The notes under the pieces: model-generated
Databases searched by the model: none
Seen by the model: only the letters and a program-made list of their open reading frames with translations
What the model was told of the DNA's origin: nothing
Translations under genes and position numbers: made by a program
Part shown: piece after piece, positions 47,930 to 63,603 of the stretch
Layout of the letters: each line of letters starts with the position of its first letter
Position numbering within the stretch: position 1 is the stretch's first letter
Source: Mobula hypostoma
Taxonomy: Eukaryota
DNA length: 64,000 bases
Assembly: GCF_963921235.1 (NCBI RefSeq)
Contig: NC_086097.1
Span: 243,910,001-243,974,000, forward strand
Direction of reading: 5' to 3'

Positions 47930-50900
47930 AGACACATAACCTCATACCAGCATCATTACAGACACGTAACCTCATACAAACAGCATGACAGGCAGATAAC
48001 CTCATACAAACAGCGTCACAGACACTTAACCTCATACCAGCCGTGTCACGGACACATAACTTCATACCAGCAGCGTCACAGACACATAACCTCATACAAA
48101 CAGCATCACAGATACGTAACCTCATATCAGCAGTGTCACAGACACATAACCTCATATCAGCAGTGTCACAGACACATAACCTCATACCAGCAGTGTCACA
48201 AACACATAACATTATACCAGGAATGTCACAGAAACATAACATCATACCATCAGCATCACAGACACATAACCTCATACCAGCAGCGTCACAGACACATAAC
48301 CTCATACCAGCAGCATCACAGACACGGAACCTCATACCAGCAGCGTCACAGGCACATAACCTCAAACTAGCAGTGTCACAGACACATAACGTCATACCAG
48401 CCGTGTCACAGACACATAAACTCACACCAGCAGCTAACACACTTCTAAACTCGTACCTGCAGCGTCACAGACACGTAAATTCATACCAGCAGCGTCACAG
48501 ATTCATAACCACATACCAGCAGTGTCACACACATAACCTCATAATAGCAGCGTCACAGGCACATAACCTCATACCAGCAGTGTGACAGACACGTAACCTC
48601 ATACCAGCAGTGTCACAGACACATAACGTCATACCAGCCGTGTCACAGACACAAAAACTCACACCAGCAGCGTCACACACTCGTAAACTCGTACCAGCAG
48701 CGTCACAGGCACATAACCTCATACCAGCAACGTCACAGACACGTAACCTCATAACATCAGCGTCACAGACACGTAACCTCATACCATCAGCGTCACGGAC
48801 ACAGAAACTCATACCAGCAGCGTCACGGATACAGAAACTGATACCAGCAGCATCACAGACACGTAACCTCATACCAGCAGCATCACAGAGACATAACCTC
48901 ATACCAGCAGTGTCACAAACACATAACATTATACCAGGAATATCACAGAACCATAACGTCATACCATCAGCGTCACACAAAAATAACCTCAAACCAGCAG
49001 CGTCACAGGCACGTAAACTCATACCAGCAGCGTCACAGGCATAACCTCATACCAGCAGTGTCACAGACACATAACCTCATACCAGCAGCGTCACAGACAC
49101 ATAATCTCATACCAGCAGCGTCACAGGCACATAACCTCATACCAGCAGCGTCACAGACACATAACCTCATACCAGCAGTGTCACAGATATAACCTCATAC
49201 CAGCAGTGTCACAGACACGTAACCTCATACCAGCAGCGTCACGGACACATAATCTCACACCAGCAGTTTCAAGACACATAACCTCATACCATCAGCATCA
49301 CAGACACATAACCTCATACCAGCAGCATCAAAGACTCAAAACGTCATACCAGCAGTGTCACAGATATAACCTCATACCAGCAGCGTCACAGACACATAAC
49401 GTCATACCAGCAGCATCACAGACACATAACGTCATACCAGCAGTGTCACAGATATAACCTCATACCAGCAGCGTCACAGACACATAACCTCATACCAGCA
49501 GTATCACAGATATAACCTCATACCAGCAGTGTCACAGACACGTAACCTCATACCAGCAGCGTCACGGACACATAATCTCACACCAGCAGTTTCAAGACAC
49601 ATAACCTCATACCATCAGCATCACAGACACATAACCTCATACCAGCAGCATCAAAGACTCAAAACGTCATACCAGCAGTGTCACAGATATAACCTCATAC
49701 CAGCAGTGTCACAGATATAACCTCATACCAGCAGCATCACAGACACATAACGTCATACCAGCAGTGTCACAGATATAAACTCATACCAGCAGCGTCACAG
49801 ACACGTAACCTCATACCAGCAGCATCACAGAAATGTAACCTCATACCAGCAGCATCACAGACACATAACGTCATACCAGCAGTGTCACAGATATAACCTC
49901 ATACCAGCAGCGTCACAGACACATAACCTCATACCAGCAGCATCACAGAAATGTAACCTCATACCAGCAGCATCACAGACACATAACCTAATGCCAGCAG
50001 TTTCACAGACACATAATGTCATACCAGCAATGTCACAGACACATAAACTCACACCAGCAGCGTCACGGATGCATAAACTTAAATCAGCATTGTCACACAC
50101 ATAACCTCATACCAGCAGCGTCACAGATATAACCTCATAACAGCAGTGTCACAGACACGTTATCTCATACCAGCAGTGTCACAGATATAACCTCATACCA
50201 GCAGTGTCACAGACACGTAATCTCATACCAGCAGCGTCACGGACACATAATCTCACACCAGCAGTGTCACAGACACGTAATCTCATACCAGCAGCGTCAC
50301 GGACACATAATCTCACACCAGCAGTTTCAAGACACATAACCTCATACCAGCATCATTACAGACACGTAACCTCATACAAACAGCATGACAGGCAGATAAC
50401 CTCATACAAACAGCGTCACAGACACTTAACCTCATACCAGCCGTGTCACGGACACATAACTTCATACCAGCAGCGTCACAGACACATAACCTCATACAAA
50501 CAGCATCACAGATACGTAACCTCATATCAGCAGTGTCACAGACACATAACCTCATATCAGCAGTGTCACAGACACATAACCTCATACCAGCAGTGTCACA
50601 AACACATAACATTATACCAGGAATGTCACAGAAACATAACATCATACCATCAGCATCACAGACACATAACCTCATACCAGCAGCGTCACAGACACATAAC
50701 CTCATACCAGCAGCATCACAGACACGGAACCTCATACCAGCAGCGTCACAGGCACATAACCTCAAACTAGCAGTGTCACAGACACATAACGTCATACCAG
50801 CCGTGTCACAGACACATAAACTCACACCAGCAGCTAACACACTTCTAAACTCGTACCTGCAGCGTCACAGACACGTAAATTCATACCAGCAGCGTCACAG

Positions 50901-52754
50901 ATTCATAACCACATACCAGCAGTGTCACACACATAACCTCATAATAGCAGCGTCACAGGCACATAACCTCATACCAGCAGTGTGACAGACACGTAACCTC
51001 ATACCAGCAGTGTCACAGACACATAACGTCATACCAGCCGTGTCACAGACACAAAAACTCACACCAGCAGCGTCACACACTCGTAAACTCGTACCAGCAG
51101 CGTCACAGGCACATAACCTCATACCAGCAACGTCACAGACACGTAACCTCATAACATCAGCGTCACAGACACGTAACCTCATACCATCAGCGTCACGGAC
51201 ACAGAAACTCATACCAGCAGCGTCACGGATACAGAAACTGATACCAGCAGCATCACAGACACGTAACCTCATACCAGCAGCATCACAGAGACATAACCTC
51301 ATACCAGCAGTGTCACAAACACATAACATTATACCAGGAATATCACAGAACCATAACGTCATACCATCAGCGTCACACAAAAATAACCTCAAACCAGCAG
51401 CGTCACAGGCACGTAAACTCATACCAGCAGCGTCACAGGCATAACCTCATACCAGCAGTGTCACAGACACATAACCTCATACCAGCAGCGTCACAGACAC
51501 ATAATCTCATACCAGCAGCGTCACAGGCACATAACCTCATACCAGCAGCGTCACAGACACATAACCTCATACCAGCAGTGTCACAGATATAACCTCATAC
51601 CAGCAGTGTCACAGACACGTAACCTCATACCAGCAGCGTCACGGACACATAATCTCACACCAGCAGTTTCAAGACACATAACCTCATACCATCAGCATCA
51701 CAGACACATAACCTCATACCAGCAGCATCAAAGACTCAAAACGTCATACCAGCAGTGTCACAGATATAACCTCATACCAGCAGCGTCACAGACACATAAC
51801 GTCATACCAGCAGCATCACAGACACATAACGTCATACCAGCAGTGTCACAGATATAACCTCATACCAGCAGCGTCACAGACACATAACCTCATACCAGCA
51901 GTATCACAGATATAACCTCATACCAGCAGTGTCACAGACACGTAACCTCATACCAGCAGCGTCACGGACACATAATCTCACACCAGCAGTTTCAAGACAC
52001 ATAACCTCATACCATCAGCATCACAGACACATAACCTCATACCAGCAGCATCAAAGACTCAAAACGTCATACCAGCAGTGTCACAGATATAACCTCATAC
52101 CAGCAGTGTCACAGATATAACCTCATACCAGCAGCATCACAGACACATAACGTCATACCAGCAGTGTCACAGATATAAACTCATACCAGCAGCGTCACAG
52201 ACACGTAACCTCATACCAGCAGCATCACAGAAATGTAACCTCATACCAGCAGCATCACAGACACATAACGTCATACCAGCAGTGTCACAGATATAACCTC
52301 ATACCAGCAGCGTCACAGACACATAACCTCATACCAGCAGCATCACAGAAATGTAACCTCATACCAGCAGCATCACAGACACATAACCTAATGCCAGCAG
52401 TTTCACAGACACATAATGTCATACCAGCAATGTCACAGACACATAAACTCACACCAGCAGCGTCACGGATGCATAAACTTAAATCAGCATTGTCACACAC
52501 ATAACCTCATACCAGCAGCGTCACAGATATAACCTCATAACAGCAGTGTCACAGACACGTTATCTCATACCAGCAGTGTCACAGATATAACCTCATACCA
52601 GCAGTGTCACAGACACGTAATCTCATACCAGCAGCGTCACGGACACATAATCTCACACCAGCAGTGTCACAGACACGTAATCTCATACCAGCAGCGTCAC
52701 GGACACATAATCTCACACCAGCAGTTTCAAGACACATAACCTCATACCAGCATC
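47930..52754. repeat. 2,400-bp tandem duplication within the satellite
   Basis: Lines from 47941 onward match lines from 50341 onward. ORF pairs are offset by exactly 2400 (48043/50443, 48525/50925, 49206/51606, 49885/52285). Confidence 0.95.
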
Positions 52755-55700
52755 GTTACAGGCCCGTAACCTCATACCATCAGCATCACAGACACATAAC
52801 CTCATACCAGCAGTGTCACGGATGCATAAACTTAAATCAGCATTGTCACACACATAACCTCATACCAGCAGCGTCACAGACACATAACCTCATACCAGCA
52901 GTGTCACGGATGCATAAACTTAAATCAGCATTGTCACACACATAACCTCATACCAGCAGCGTCACAGGCACATAACCTCATACAAACAGCATCACAGATA
53001 CGTCATCTCATATCAGCAATGTCACCGACACATAACCTCATACCAGCAGTGTCACAGATATAACCTCATAACAGCAGTGTCACAGACACGTAATCTCATA
53101 CCAGATGCGTCATACACACATAACCTCATATCAGCAGCGTCACAGGCACATAACCTCATACCAGCATCGTTACAGGCACGTAACCTCATACCAGCAGTGT
53201 CACACACAAATAACCTCATACCAGCAGCATCACAGACACGTAACCTCATACCAGCAGCGTCACAGACACATAAACTCACACCAGCAGCATCACAGACACA
53301 TAACCTCATACCAGCAGCGTCACAGGTGTACAACGTCATACAAACTGCGTCACAGACACATGACCTAATACCAGCAGCGTCACGGACACATAACGTCATA
53401 CCAGCTGCGTCACAGATTCATAACCACATACCAGCAGTGTCACACACATAACCTCATAACAGCAGTGTCACAGGCACATAAACTTATACCAGCAGCGTCA
53501 CAGACACGTAGCCTCATACCAGCAGCGTCACAGACACATAATCTCACACCAGCAGTTTCACAGACACATAACCTCATACCATCAGCATCACAGACACATA
53601 ACCTCATACCAGCAGCGTCACAGACACATAATCTCACACCAGCAGTTTCACAGACACATAACCTCATACCAGCAGCATCACAGACACATAACGTCATACC
53701 AGCAATGTCACAGACATGTAACCTCATACCAGCAGCATCACAGACACATAACCTCATACCAGCAGCGTCACAGACATGCAACGTCATACAAACAGCGTCA
53801 CAGACACTTAACCTCATACCAGCCGTGTCACGGACACATAACTTCACACCAGCAGCGTCACAGACACATAACCTCATACAAACAGCATCACAGATACGTA
53901 ACCTCATATCAGCAGTGTCACAGACATATAACCTCATATCAGCAGTGTCACAGACACATAACCTCATACCAGCAGTGTCACAAACACATAACATTATACC
54001 AGGAATGTCACAGAAACATAACGTCATACCATCAGCATCACAGACACATAACCTCAAACCAGCAGCGTCACAGGCACGTAAACTCATACCAGCAGTGTCA
54101 CAGATATAACCTCATATCAGTAGTGTCACAGACACATAACCTCATACCAGCAGCATCACAGACACATAACCTCATATCAGCAACGTCACAGACTCATATT
54201 CTCATATCAGCAGCGTCACAGGCACGTAACCTCATACCAGCAGCATCACAGATACGTAACCTCATATCGGCAGTGTCACAGACATATAACCTCATATCAG
54301 CAGTGTCACAGACACATAACCTCATACCAGCAGTGTCACAAACACATAACATTATACCAGGAATGTCACAGAAACATAACGTCATACCATCAGCATCACA
54401 GACACATAACCTCAAACCAGCAGCGTCACAGGCACGTAAACTCATACCAGCAGCGTCACAGGCATAACCTCATACCAGCAGTGTCACAGACACATAATCT
54501 CATATCAGCAACGTCACAGACTCATATTCTCATATCAGCAGCATCACAGGCACGTAACCTCTTACCAGCAGCATCACAGACACATAACCTCATATCAGCA
54601 ACGTCACAGACTCATATTCTCATATCAGCAGCGTCACAGGCACGTAACCTCATACAAACAGCATCACAGACAGGTAATCTCATACCAGCAGCGTCACAGG
54701 CACATAACCTCGTACCAGCAGCGTCACAGACACATAACGTCATACCAGCAGTGTCAGGGACACATAAACTCATACCAGCAGCGTCACGGATGCATAAACT
54801 TAAATCAGCATTGTCACACACATAACCTCGTACCAGCAGCGTCACAGACACATAACGTCATACCAGCAGTGTCAGGGACACATAAACTCATACCAGCAGC
54901 GTCACGGATGCATAAACTTAAATCAGCATTGTCACACACATAACCTCATACAAACAGCATCACAGATACGTCATCTCATATCAGCAATGTCACCGACACA
55001 TAACCTCATACCAGCAGTGTCACAGACACATAACCTCATATCAGCAACGTCACAGACTCATATTCTCATATCAGCAGCGTCACAGGCACGTAACCTCATA
55101 CCAGCAGCATCACAGACACGTAACCTCATACCAGCAGCGTCACACACACGTAATCTCATACCAGCAGCGTCACAGACACATAACCTCATATCAACGGTGT
55201 CACAGACACACAACCTCATACGAGCAGTGTCACAGACACATGACGTCATACCAGCAATGTCATAGACAGGTAACCTCATACCAGCAGCATCACAGGCACA
55301 TAACCTCATACCAGCAGTGTCACAGACACAAAAACTCACACCAGAAGCATCACAGACACATAACCTCATATCAGCAGTGTCACAAACATAACCTCTTACC
55401 AGCAGCGTCACAGACACATAAACTCGTACCAGCATTGTCACAGACACATAAACTCACACCAGCAGCATCACAGACAGGTAACCTCATACCCGCAGTATCA
55501 CAGACACATAACCTCATTTCAGCAGTGTCACAAACATAACCTCTTACCAGCAGCGTCACACACAAAGAACCTTGTACCAGCAGCGTCACAGGCACGTAAC
55601 CTCATACCAGCAGCGTCACAGACACGTAACCTCATACCAGAAGCGTCACAAACACATAAACTCATACCAGCAGCGTCACAGGCACGTAACCTCATACCAG

Positions 55701-56226
55701 CAGCGTCACAGACATGTAACCTCATACCAGCAGCGTCACACACAAATAACCTTATACCAGCAGCATCACAGACACATAACCTCATACCAGCAGCGTCACA
55801 GGCACATAACCTCAAAGCAGCTGTGTCACACATATAACCTCATACCAGCAGTGTCACAGACACATAACGTCATACCAGCCGTGACACAGACACATAAACT
55901 CACATCAGCAGTGTCACACACTTGTAAACTCGTACCAGCAGCGTCACAGGCACATAACCTCATACAAACAGCATCACAGATACGTCATCTCATATCAGCA
56001 ATGTCACCGACACATAACCTCATACCAGCAGTGTCACAGATATAACCTCATAACAGCAGTGTCACAGACACGTAATCTCATATCAGATGCGTCACACACA
56101 CATAACCTCATATCAGCAGCGTCACAGGCACATAACCTCATACCAGCATCGTTACAGGCACGTAACCTCATACCAGCAGCTTCACACACAAATAACCTCA
56201 TACCAGCAGCGTCACAGACACATAAC

Positions 56227-57176
56227 AAGCATCTCCAAGTTTGCGGATGACACGAAGCTGGGTGGCAGTGTTAGCAGTGAGGAGGATGCTAAGAGGATGC
56301 AGGGTGACTTGGATAGGTTGGGTGAGTGGGCAAACTCATGGCAGATGCAATTTAATGTGGATAAATGTGAAGTTATCCACTTTCTGGCAAAAATAGGAAA
56401 ACAGATTATTATCTGAATGGTGGCCGATTAGGAAAAGGGGAGGTGCAACGACACCTGGGTGTCATTATACACCAGTCATTGAAAGTGGGCATGCAGGTAC
56501 AGCAGGCGGTGAAAAAGGCGAACGGTATGCTGGCATTTATAGTGAGAGGATTCGAGTACAGGAGCAGGGAGGTACTAATGCAGTTGTACAAGGCCTTGGT
56601 GAGACCACACCTGGAGTATTGTGTGCAGTTTTGGTCCCCTAATCTGAGGAAAGACATCTTTGCCATAGAGGGAGTACAAAGAAGGTTAACCAGATTGATT
56701 CCTGGGATGGCAGGTCTTTCATATGAAGAAAGACTGGATGAACTGGGCTTGTACTCGTTGGAATTTAGAAGATTGAGGGGGGATCTGATTGAAACGTATA
56801 AGATCCTAAAGGGATTGGACAGGCTAGATGCGGGAAGATTGTTCCCGATGTTGGGGAGGTCCAGAACGAGGGGTCACAGTTTGAGGATAGAGGGGAAGCC
56901 TTTTAGGACCGAGATTAGGAAAAACTTCTTCACACAGAGAGTGGTGAATCTGTGGAATTCTCTGCCACAGCAAACTGTTGAGGCCAGTTCATTGGCTATG
57001 TTTAAGAGGGAGTTAGATATGGCCCTTGTGGCTACAGGGGTCAGGGGGTATGGAGGGAAGGCTGGGTTCTGAGTTGGATGATCAGCCATGATCATAATAA
57101 ATGGCGGTGCAGGCTTGAAGGGCCGAATGGCCTACTCCTGCACCTATTTTCTATGTTTCTATGTTTCTATGTTTCT
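56227..57176 (+). mobile_element. Young CR1 insertion in the satellite, 5-bp TSD ataac
   Basis: ...cacATAAC-aagcatctccaagtttgcggatgac (KFADD)...(ctatgttt)n-ct-ATAACctc. Confidence 0.95.
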
Positions 57177-58587
57177 ATAACCTCATACCAGCAGCGTCAC
57201 GGACACATAAACTCATACCAGCAGAGTCACAGACATGCAACGTCATACAAACAGCGTCACAGACACATAACCTCATACAAACAGCATCACAGATACGTAA
57301 CCTCATATCAGCAGTGTCACAGACACATAACCTCATACCAGCAGTGTCACAAACACATAACATTATACCAGGAATGTCACAGAAACATAACGTCATACCA
57401 TCAGCATCACAGACACATAACCTCAAACCAGCAGCGTCACAGGCACGTAACCTCATACCAGCAGTGTCACAGACACATAACCTCATACCAGCAGCGTCAC
57501 AGACACATAACCTCATATCAGCAACGTCACAGACACGTAACCTCATACCAGCAGCATCACAGACACGTAACCTCATACCAGCAGCATCACAGGCACGTAA
57601 CCTCATACAAACAGCATCACAGACAGGTAATCTCATACCAGCAGCGTCACAGGCACATAACCTCATACCAGCAGTGTCACGGACACATAACCTCATACCA
57701 GCAGCGTCACGGACACATAACTTCATACCAGCAGCGTCACAGATTCATAACCACATACCAGCAGTGTCACACACATAACCTCAAACCAGCAGCGTCACAG
57801 GCACGTAACCTCATACCAGCAGCGTCACAGGTACGTAACCTTATACAAACAGCATCACAAGCACAGAACCTCATACCAGCAGCGTCACAGACACGTAACC
57901 TCATACCAGCAGCGTCACAGGTACGTAACCTTATACAAACAGCATCACAAGCACAGAACCTCATACCAGCAGCGTCACAGACACGTAACCTCATACCAGC
58001 AGCGTCACACACACGTGATCTCATACCAGCAGCGTCACAGGCACATAACCTCATACCAGCAGCGTCACAGACACATAAACTCATACCAGCATCATAACAG
58101 GCACGTAACCTCATACCAGCAGCGTCACAGACACATAACCTCATATCAACAGTGTCACAGACACACAACCTCACACGAGCAGTGTCACAGACACATGACG
58201 TCATACCAGTAATGTCATAGACAGGTAACCTCATACCAGCAGCGTCACAGGCACGTAACCTCATACCAGCAGCGTCACAGACATGTAACCTCATACCAGC
58301 AGCGTCACACACAAATAACCTTATACCAGCAGGATCACGGACACATAACGTCATACCAGCAGCATCACAGACACATAACCTCATACCAGCAGTGTCACAG
58401 ACACATAACGTCATACCGGCAATGTCACAGACACTTAACGTCATACCTTCAGCATCACAGACACATAACCTCCTACCAGCAGCGTCACACACAAATAACC
58501 TCATACCAACAGCATCACAAGCACGTAACCTCATACCAGCAGCGTCACAGACATAACCTCATACTAGCAGCATTACAGACACGTAAC

Positions 58588-61016
58588 TGGGGGATTTTAA
58601 CATGCGAGTAGATTGGAAAAATCAGGTCGGCACTGGATCTCAAGAGAGAGAATTTGTAGAATGTCTGCGAGATGGCTTTTTAGAACAGCTTGTTGTTGAG
58701 CCCACTAGGGGATCTTCTGTACTGGATTGGGTATTGTGTAATGAACCGGAGGTGATTGGAGAGATTGAGGTGAAGGAACCCTTAGGAGGCAGTAATCATA
58801 ACATGATTGAGGTCACTGTGAAATTAGAAAAAGAGAAGCCGAAATATGATGTGTGGGTGTTTCAGTGGAGTAAGGGAAATTACAGTGGCATGAGAGAGGA
58901 ACTGGCCAAAGTTGACTGGAAAGGGACACTGGCGGGAAAGACAGCAGAACAGCAGTGGCTGGAGTTTATGCGAGAAATGAGGAATGTGCAAGACAGGTAT
59001 ATTCCAAAAAAGAAGAAATTTTCAAGTGGAAAAAGGATACAACCGTGGTTGACAAGAGAAGTCAAAGCCAAAGTTAAAGCAAAGGAGAGGGCATACAAGG
59101 AAGCAAAAATTAGTGGGAAGAGAGAGGATTGGGAAGTTTTTAAAACCTTACAAAAGGAAACCAAGAAGGTCATTAAGAGAGAAAAGATTAAAAATGAAAG
59201 GAAACTAACAAATAATATCAAAGAGGATACTAAAAGCTTTTTCAAGTATATAAAGAGTAAAAGACAGGTGAGAGTAGATATAGGACCGATAGAAAATGAT
59301 ACTGGAGAAATTGTAATGGGAGATGAGGAGATGGCAGAGGAACTGAACAAGTATTTTGCATCAGTCTTCACTGAGGAAGACAGCAGTATACCGGACACTC
59401 AAGGGTGGCAGGGAAGAGAAGTGTACGCAGTCACAATTACGACAGAGAAAGTACTCAGGAAGCTGAATAGGCTAAAGGTCGATAAATCTCCTGGACCAGA
59501 TGGAATGCACCCTCGTGTTCTGAAAGAAGTAGCTGTGGAGATTGCGGAGGCATTAGCGATGATCTTTCAAAAGTCGATAGATTCTGGCAAGAAGGGAGCA
59601 AGGAAGCAAAAAGGAAATTATAGACCTGTTAGCTTGACGTCGGTAGTTGGGAAGTTGTTGGAGTCGATTGTCAAGGATGAGGTTACAGACTACCTGGAGG
59701 CATATGACAAGATAGGCAGAACTCAGCATGGATTCCTTAAAGGAAAATCCTGCCTGACAAACCTATTACAATTTTTTGAGGAAATTACCAGTAGGCTCGA
59801 CAAAGGAGATGCAATGGATGTTGTATATTTGGATTTTCAGAAGGCCTTTGACAAGGTGCCACACATGAGGCTACTTAACAAGATAAGAGCCCATGGAATT
59901 ACAGGAAAGTTACATACGTGGATAGAGCATTGGCTGATTGGCAGGAAACAGAGAGTGGGAATAAAGGGATCCTATTCTGGTTGGCTGCCGGTTACCAGTG
60001 GTGTTCCACAGGGATCAGTGTTGGGGCCGCTGCTTTTTACATTGTACATCAACGATTTGGATTATGGAATAGATGGCTTTGTGGCTAAGTTTGATGACGA
60101 TACGAAGATAGGTGGAGGGGCCGGTAGTGCTGAGGAAACGGAGAGTCTGCAGAGAGACTTAGATTGGGAGAACGGGCAAAGAAGTGGCAAATGAAGTACA
60201 ATGTTGGAAAGTGTATGGTTATGCACTTTGGCAGAAAAAATAAACGGGCAGACTATTATTTAAATGGAGACAGAATTCAAAGTTCTGAGATGCAACGGGG
60301 CTTGGGAGTCCTCGTACAGGATACCCTTAAAGTTAACATCCAGGTTGAGTCAGTAGTGAAGAAGGCGAATGCAATGTTGGCATTCATTTCTAGAGGAATA
60401 GAGTATAGGAGCAGGGATGTGATGTTGAGGCTCTATAAGGTGCTGGTGAGACCTCACTTGGAGTACTGTGGGCAGTTTTGGTCTCCTTATTTAAGAAAGG
60501 ATGTGCTGACGTTGGAGAGGGTACGGAGAAGATTCACTAGAATGATTCCGGGAATGAGAGGGTTAACATAAGAGGAATGTTTGTCCGCTCTTGGACTGCA
60601 TTCCTTGGAGTTTAGAAGAATGAGGGGAGACCTCATAGAAACATTTCGAATGTTAAAAGGCATGGACAGAGGGGATGTGGCAAAGTTGTTTCCCATGATG
60701 GGGGAATCTAGTACGAGAGGGCATGACTTCAGGATTGAAGGGTGCCCTTTCAGAACAGAAATGCGAAGAAATTTTTTTAGTCAGAGGAAGGTGAATCTAT
60801 GGAATTTGTTGCCACGGGCAGCAGTAGAGGCCAAGTCATTGGGTGTATTTAAGGCAGAGATTGATAGGTATCTGAGTAGCCAGGGCATTAAAGGTTATGG
60901 TGAGAAGGTGAGGGAGTAGGACTAAATAGGAGAATGGATCAGCTCATGATAAAATGGCGGAGCAGACTCGATGGGCCGAATGGCCTACTTCTGCTCCTTT
61001 ATCTTATGGTCTTATG
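58588..61016 (+). mobile_element. CR1 insertion in the satellite (ORF2 from late APE to end; small deletion, frameshift, stop), 5-bp TSD gtaac
   Basis: ...cacGTAAC-tgggggattttaac...(cttatggt)n-GTAACctc. ORFs 58602-60194, 60164-60571 and 60581-60919; RT motif reads FDDD. Confidence 0.95.
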
Positions 61017-61750
61017 GTAACCTCATACCAGCAGCGTCACACACACGTGACCTCATATCATCAGCATCACAGGCACATAACCTCATACCAGCAGCGTCAC
61101 AGACACATAACCTCTTACCAGCAGCGTCACAGACACATAAACTCACACCAGCAGCATCACAGACACATAACCTCATACCAGCAGTGTCACAGACACATAA
61201 ACTCACACCAGCAGCGTCACAGACACATAACCTCATACCAGCAGTGTCACAGACACATAAACTCACACCAGCAGCATCACAGACAGGTAACCTCATACCA
61301 GCAGCATCACAGACACATAACCTCATTTCAGCAGTGTCACAAACATAACCTCTTACCAGCAGCGTCACACACAAAGAACCTTGTACCAGCAGCGTCACAG
61401 GCACGTAACCTCATACCAGCATCGTTACTGGCACATAACCTCTTAACCAGCAGCGTCACAGTCACATTAACCTCATACCAGCAGCGTCACACACACGTAA
61501 CCTCATACCAGCAGCGTCACAGACTCGTAACCTCATACCAGCAGCGTCACAGACACGTAATCTCATACCAGCAGCGTCACAGACACATAACCTCATACCA
61601 GCAGCGTCACAGACTCGTAACCTCATACCAGCAGCGTCACAGACTCGTAACCTCATACCAGCAGTGTCACAGACTCATAACCTCATACCAGCAGCGTCAC
61701 AGACACATAACCTCATACCATCAGTGTGACAGACACATAACCTCATACCA

Positions 61751-61947
61751 ACACTCACAACACGCTGGAGGAACTCAGTAGGTCGGACAGCATCCGTGGA
61801 AAAGATCGGTCGACGTTTCAGGCCGGAACCCTTCCTCAGGAGAAACGTCGACCGATCTTTTCCACGGATGCTGCCCGACCTGCTGAGTTCCTCCAGCTTG
61901 TTGTAAGTGTTGCTTTGACCCCAGCATCTGCAGATTATTCTGTGTTT
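61751..61947 (+). mobile_element. Palindromic PLE mini-element copy 1 (69-bp arms, 22-nt loop, PLE 3' tail)
   Basis: Arms 61751-61819 and 61842-61910. The minus strand reads ctgagga-agggttccggcct-gaaacgtc-gac. Ends cagcatctgcagattattctgtgttt; ~14-bp TSD-like ataacctcatacca/ataatctcatgcca. Confidence 0.9.
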
Positions 61948-63406
61948 ATAATCTCATGCCAGCAGCATCACAGAGACATAACCTTATACGAGCAGCGTCA
62001 CGGACACATAACCTCATACCAGCAGCGTCACAAACTCATAAACTCATACCAGCAGCGTCACAGACACATAACCTCATACCAGCAGCGTCACAGACACGTA
62101 ACCTCATACCAGCAGCGTCACAGACTCATAAACTCATACCAGCAGCGACACAGACACATAACCTCATACCAGCAGCGACACAGACACGTAACCTCATACC
62201 AGCAGCGTCACAGACACGTAACCTCATACCAGCAGCGACACAGACTCATAAACTCATACCAGCAGCGTCACAGACACATAACCTCATACCAGCAGCGTCA
62301 CAGACACGTAACCTCATACCAGCAGCGTCACAGACTCATAAACTCATACCAGCAGCGACACAGACACATAACCTCATACCAGCAGCGACACAGACACGTA
62401 ACCTCATACCAGCAGCGTCACAGACACGTAACCTCATACCAGCAGCGACACAGACACATAACCTCATACCAGCAGCGACACAGACACGTAACCTCATACC
62501 AGCAGCGTCACAGACATAACCTCATACCAGCAGCGTCACAGACACGTAACCTCATACCAGCAGCGACACAGACACATAACCTCATACCAACAGCGTCATA
62601 CACACGTAACCTCGTATCAGCAGCGCCACAGGCACGTAACCTCATACCAGCATCGTTACTGGCACATAACCTCTTAACCAGCAGCGTCACAGTCACATTA
62701 ACCTCATACCAGCAGCGTCACAGACACGTAACCTCATATCAGCAGTGTCACAGACACGTAACCTCATACCAGCAGCGTCACAGACACGTAACCTCTTAAC
62801 CAGCAGCGTCACAGTCACATTAACCTCATACCAGCAGCGTCACAGACACGTAACCTCATACCAGCAGCGTCACAGACACGTAACCTCATATCAGCAGTGT
62901 CACAGACACGTAACCTCATACCAGCAGCGTCACAGACACGTAACCTCATACCAGCAGTGTCACAGACACGTAACCTCATATCAGCAGCGTCACAGACACG
63001 TAACCTCATACCAGCAGTGTCACAGACACGTAACCTCATACCAGCAGCGTCACAGACACGTAACCTCATACCAGCAGTGTCACAGACACATTAACCTCAT
63101 ACCAGCAGTGTGACAGACACATAACCTCATACCAGCAGCGTCACAGACACATAACCTCATATCAGCAGCGACACAGACACATAATCTCATACCAGCAGTG
63201 TCACACACACGTAATCTCATACCAGTTACGTCACACACACGTAACCTCGTATCAGTAGCGCCACAGGCACATAACCTCATACCAGCATCGTTACTGGCAC
63301 ATAACCTCTTAACCAGCAGCGTCACAGTCACATTAACCTCATACCAGCAGCGTCACAGACACGTAACCTTATACCAGCAGCGACACACACATGTAATCTC
63401 ATACCA

Positions 63407-63603
63407 ACACTCACAACACGCTGGAGGAACTCTGCGGGTCGGGCAGCATCCGTGGAAAAGCTCGGTCGACCTTTGTCCTGACGAAGGGTTCCGGCCCTAA
63501 ACGTCCACCGATCTTTTCCACGGATGCTGCCCGACCTGCTGAGTTCCTCCAGCTTGTGGTAAGTGTTGCTTTGACCCCAGCATCTGCAGATTATTTTGTG
63601 TTT
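63407..63603 (+). mobile_element. Palindromic PLE mini-element copy 2 (loop inverted relative to copy 1)
   Basis: Same length and flanks as copy 1. Loop 63476-63497 tcctgacgaagggttccggccc lies on the plus strand. Confidence 0.9.
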
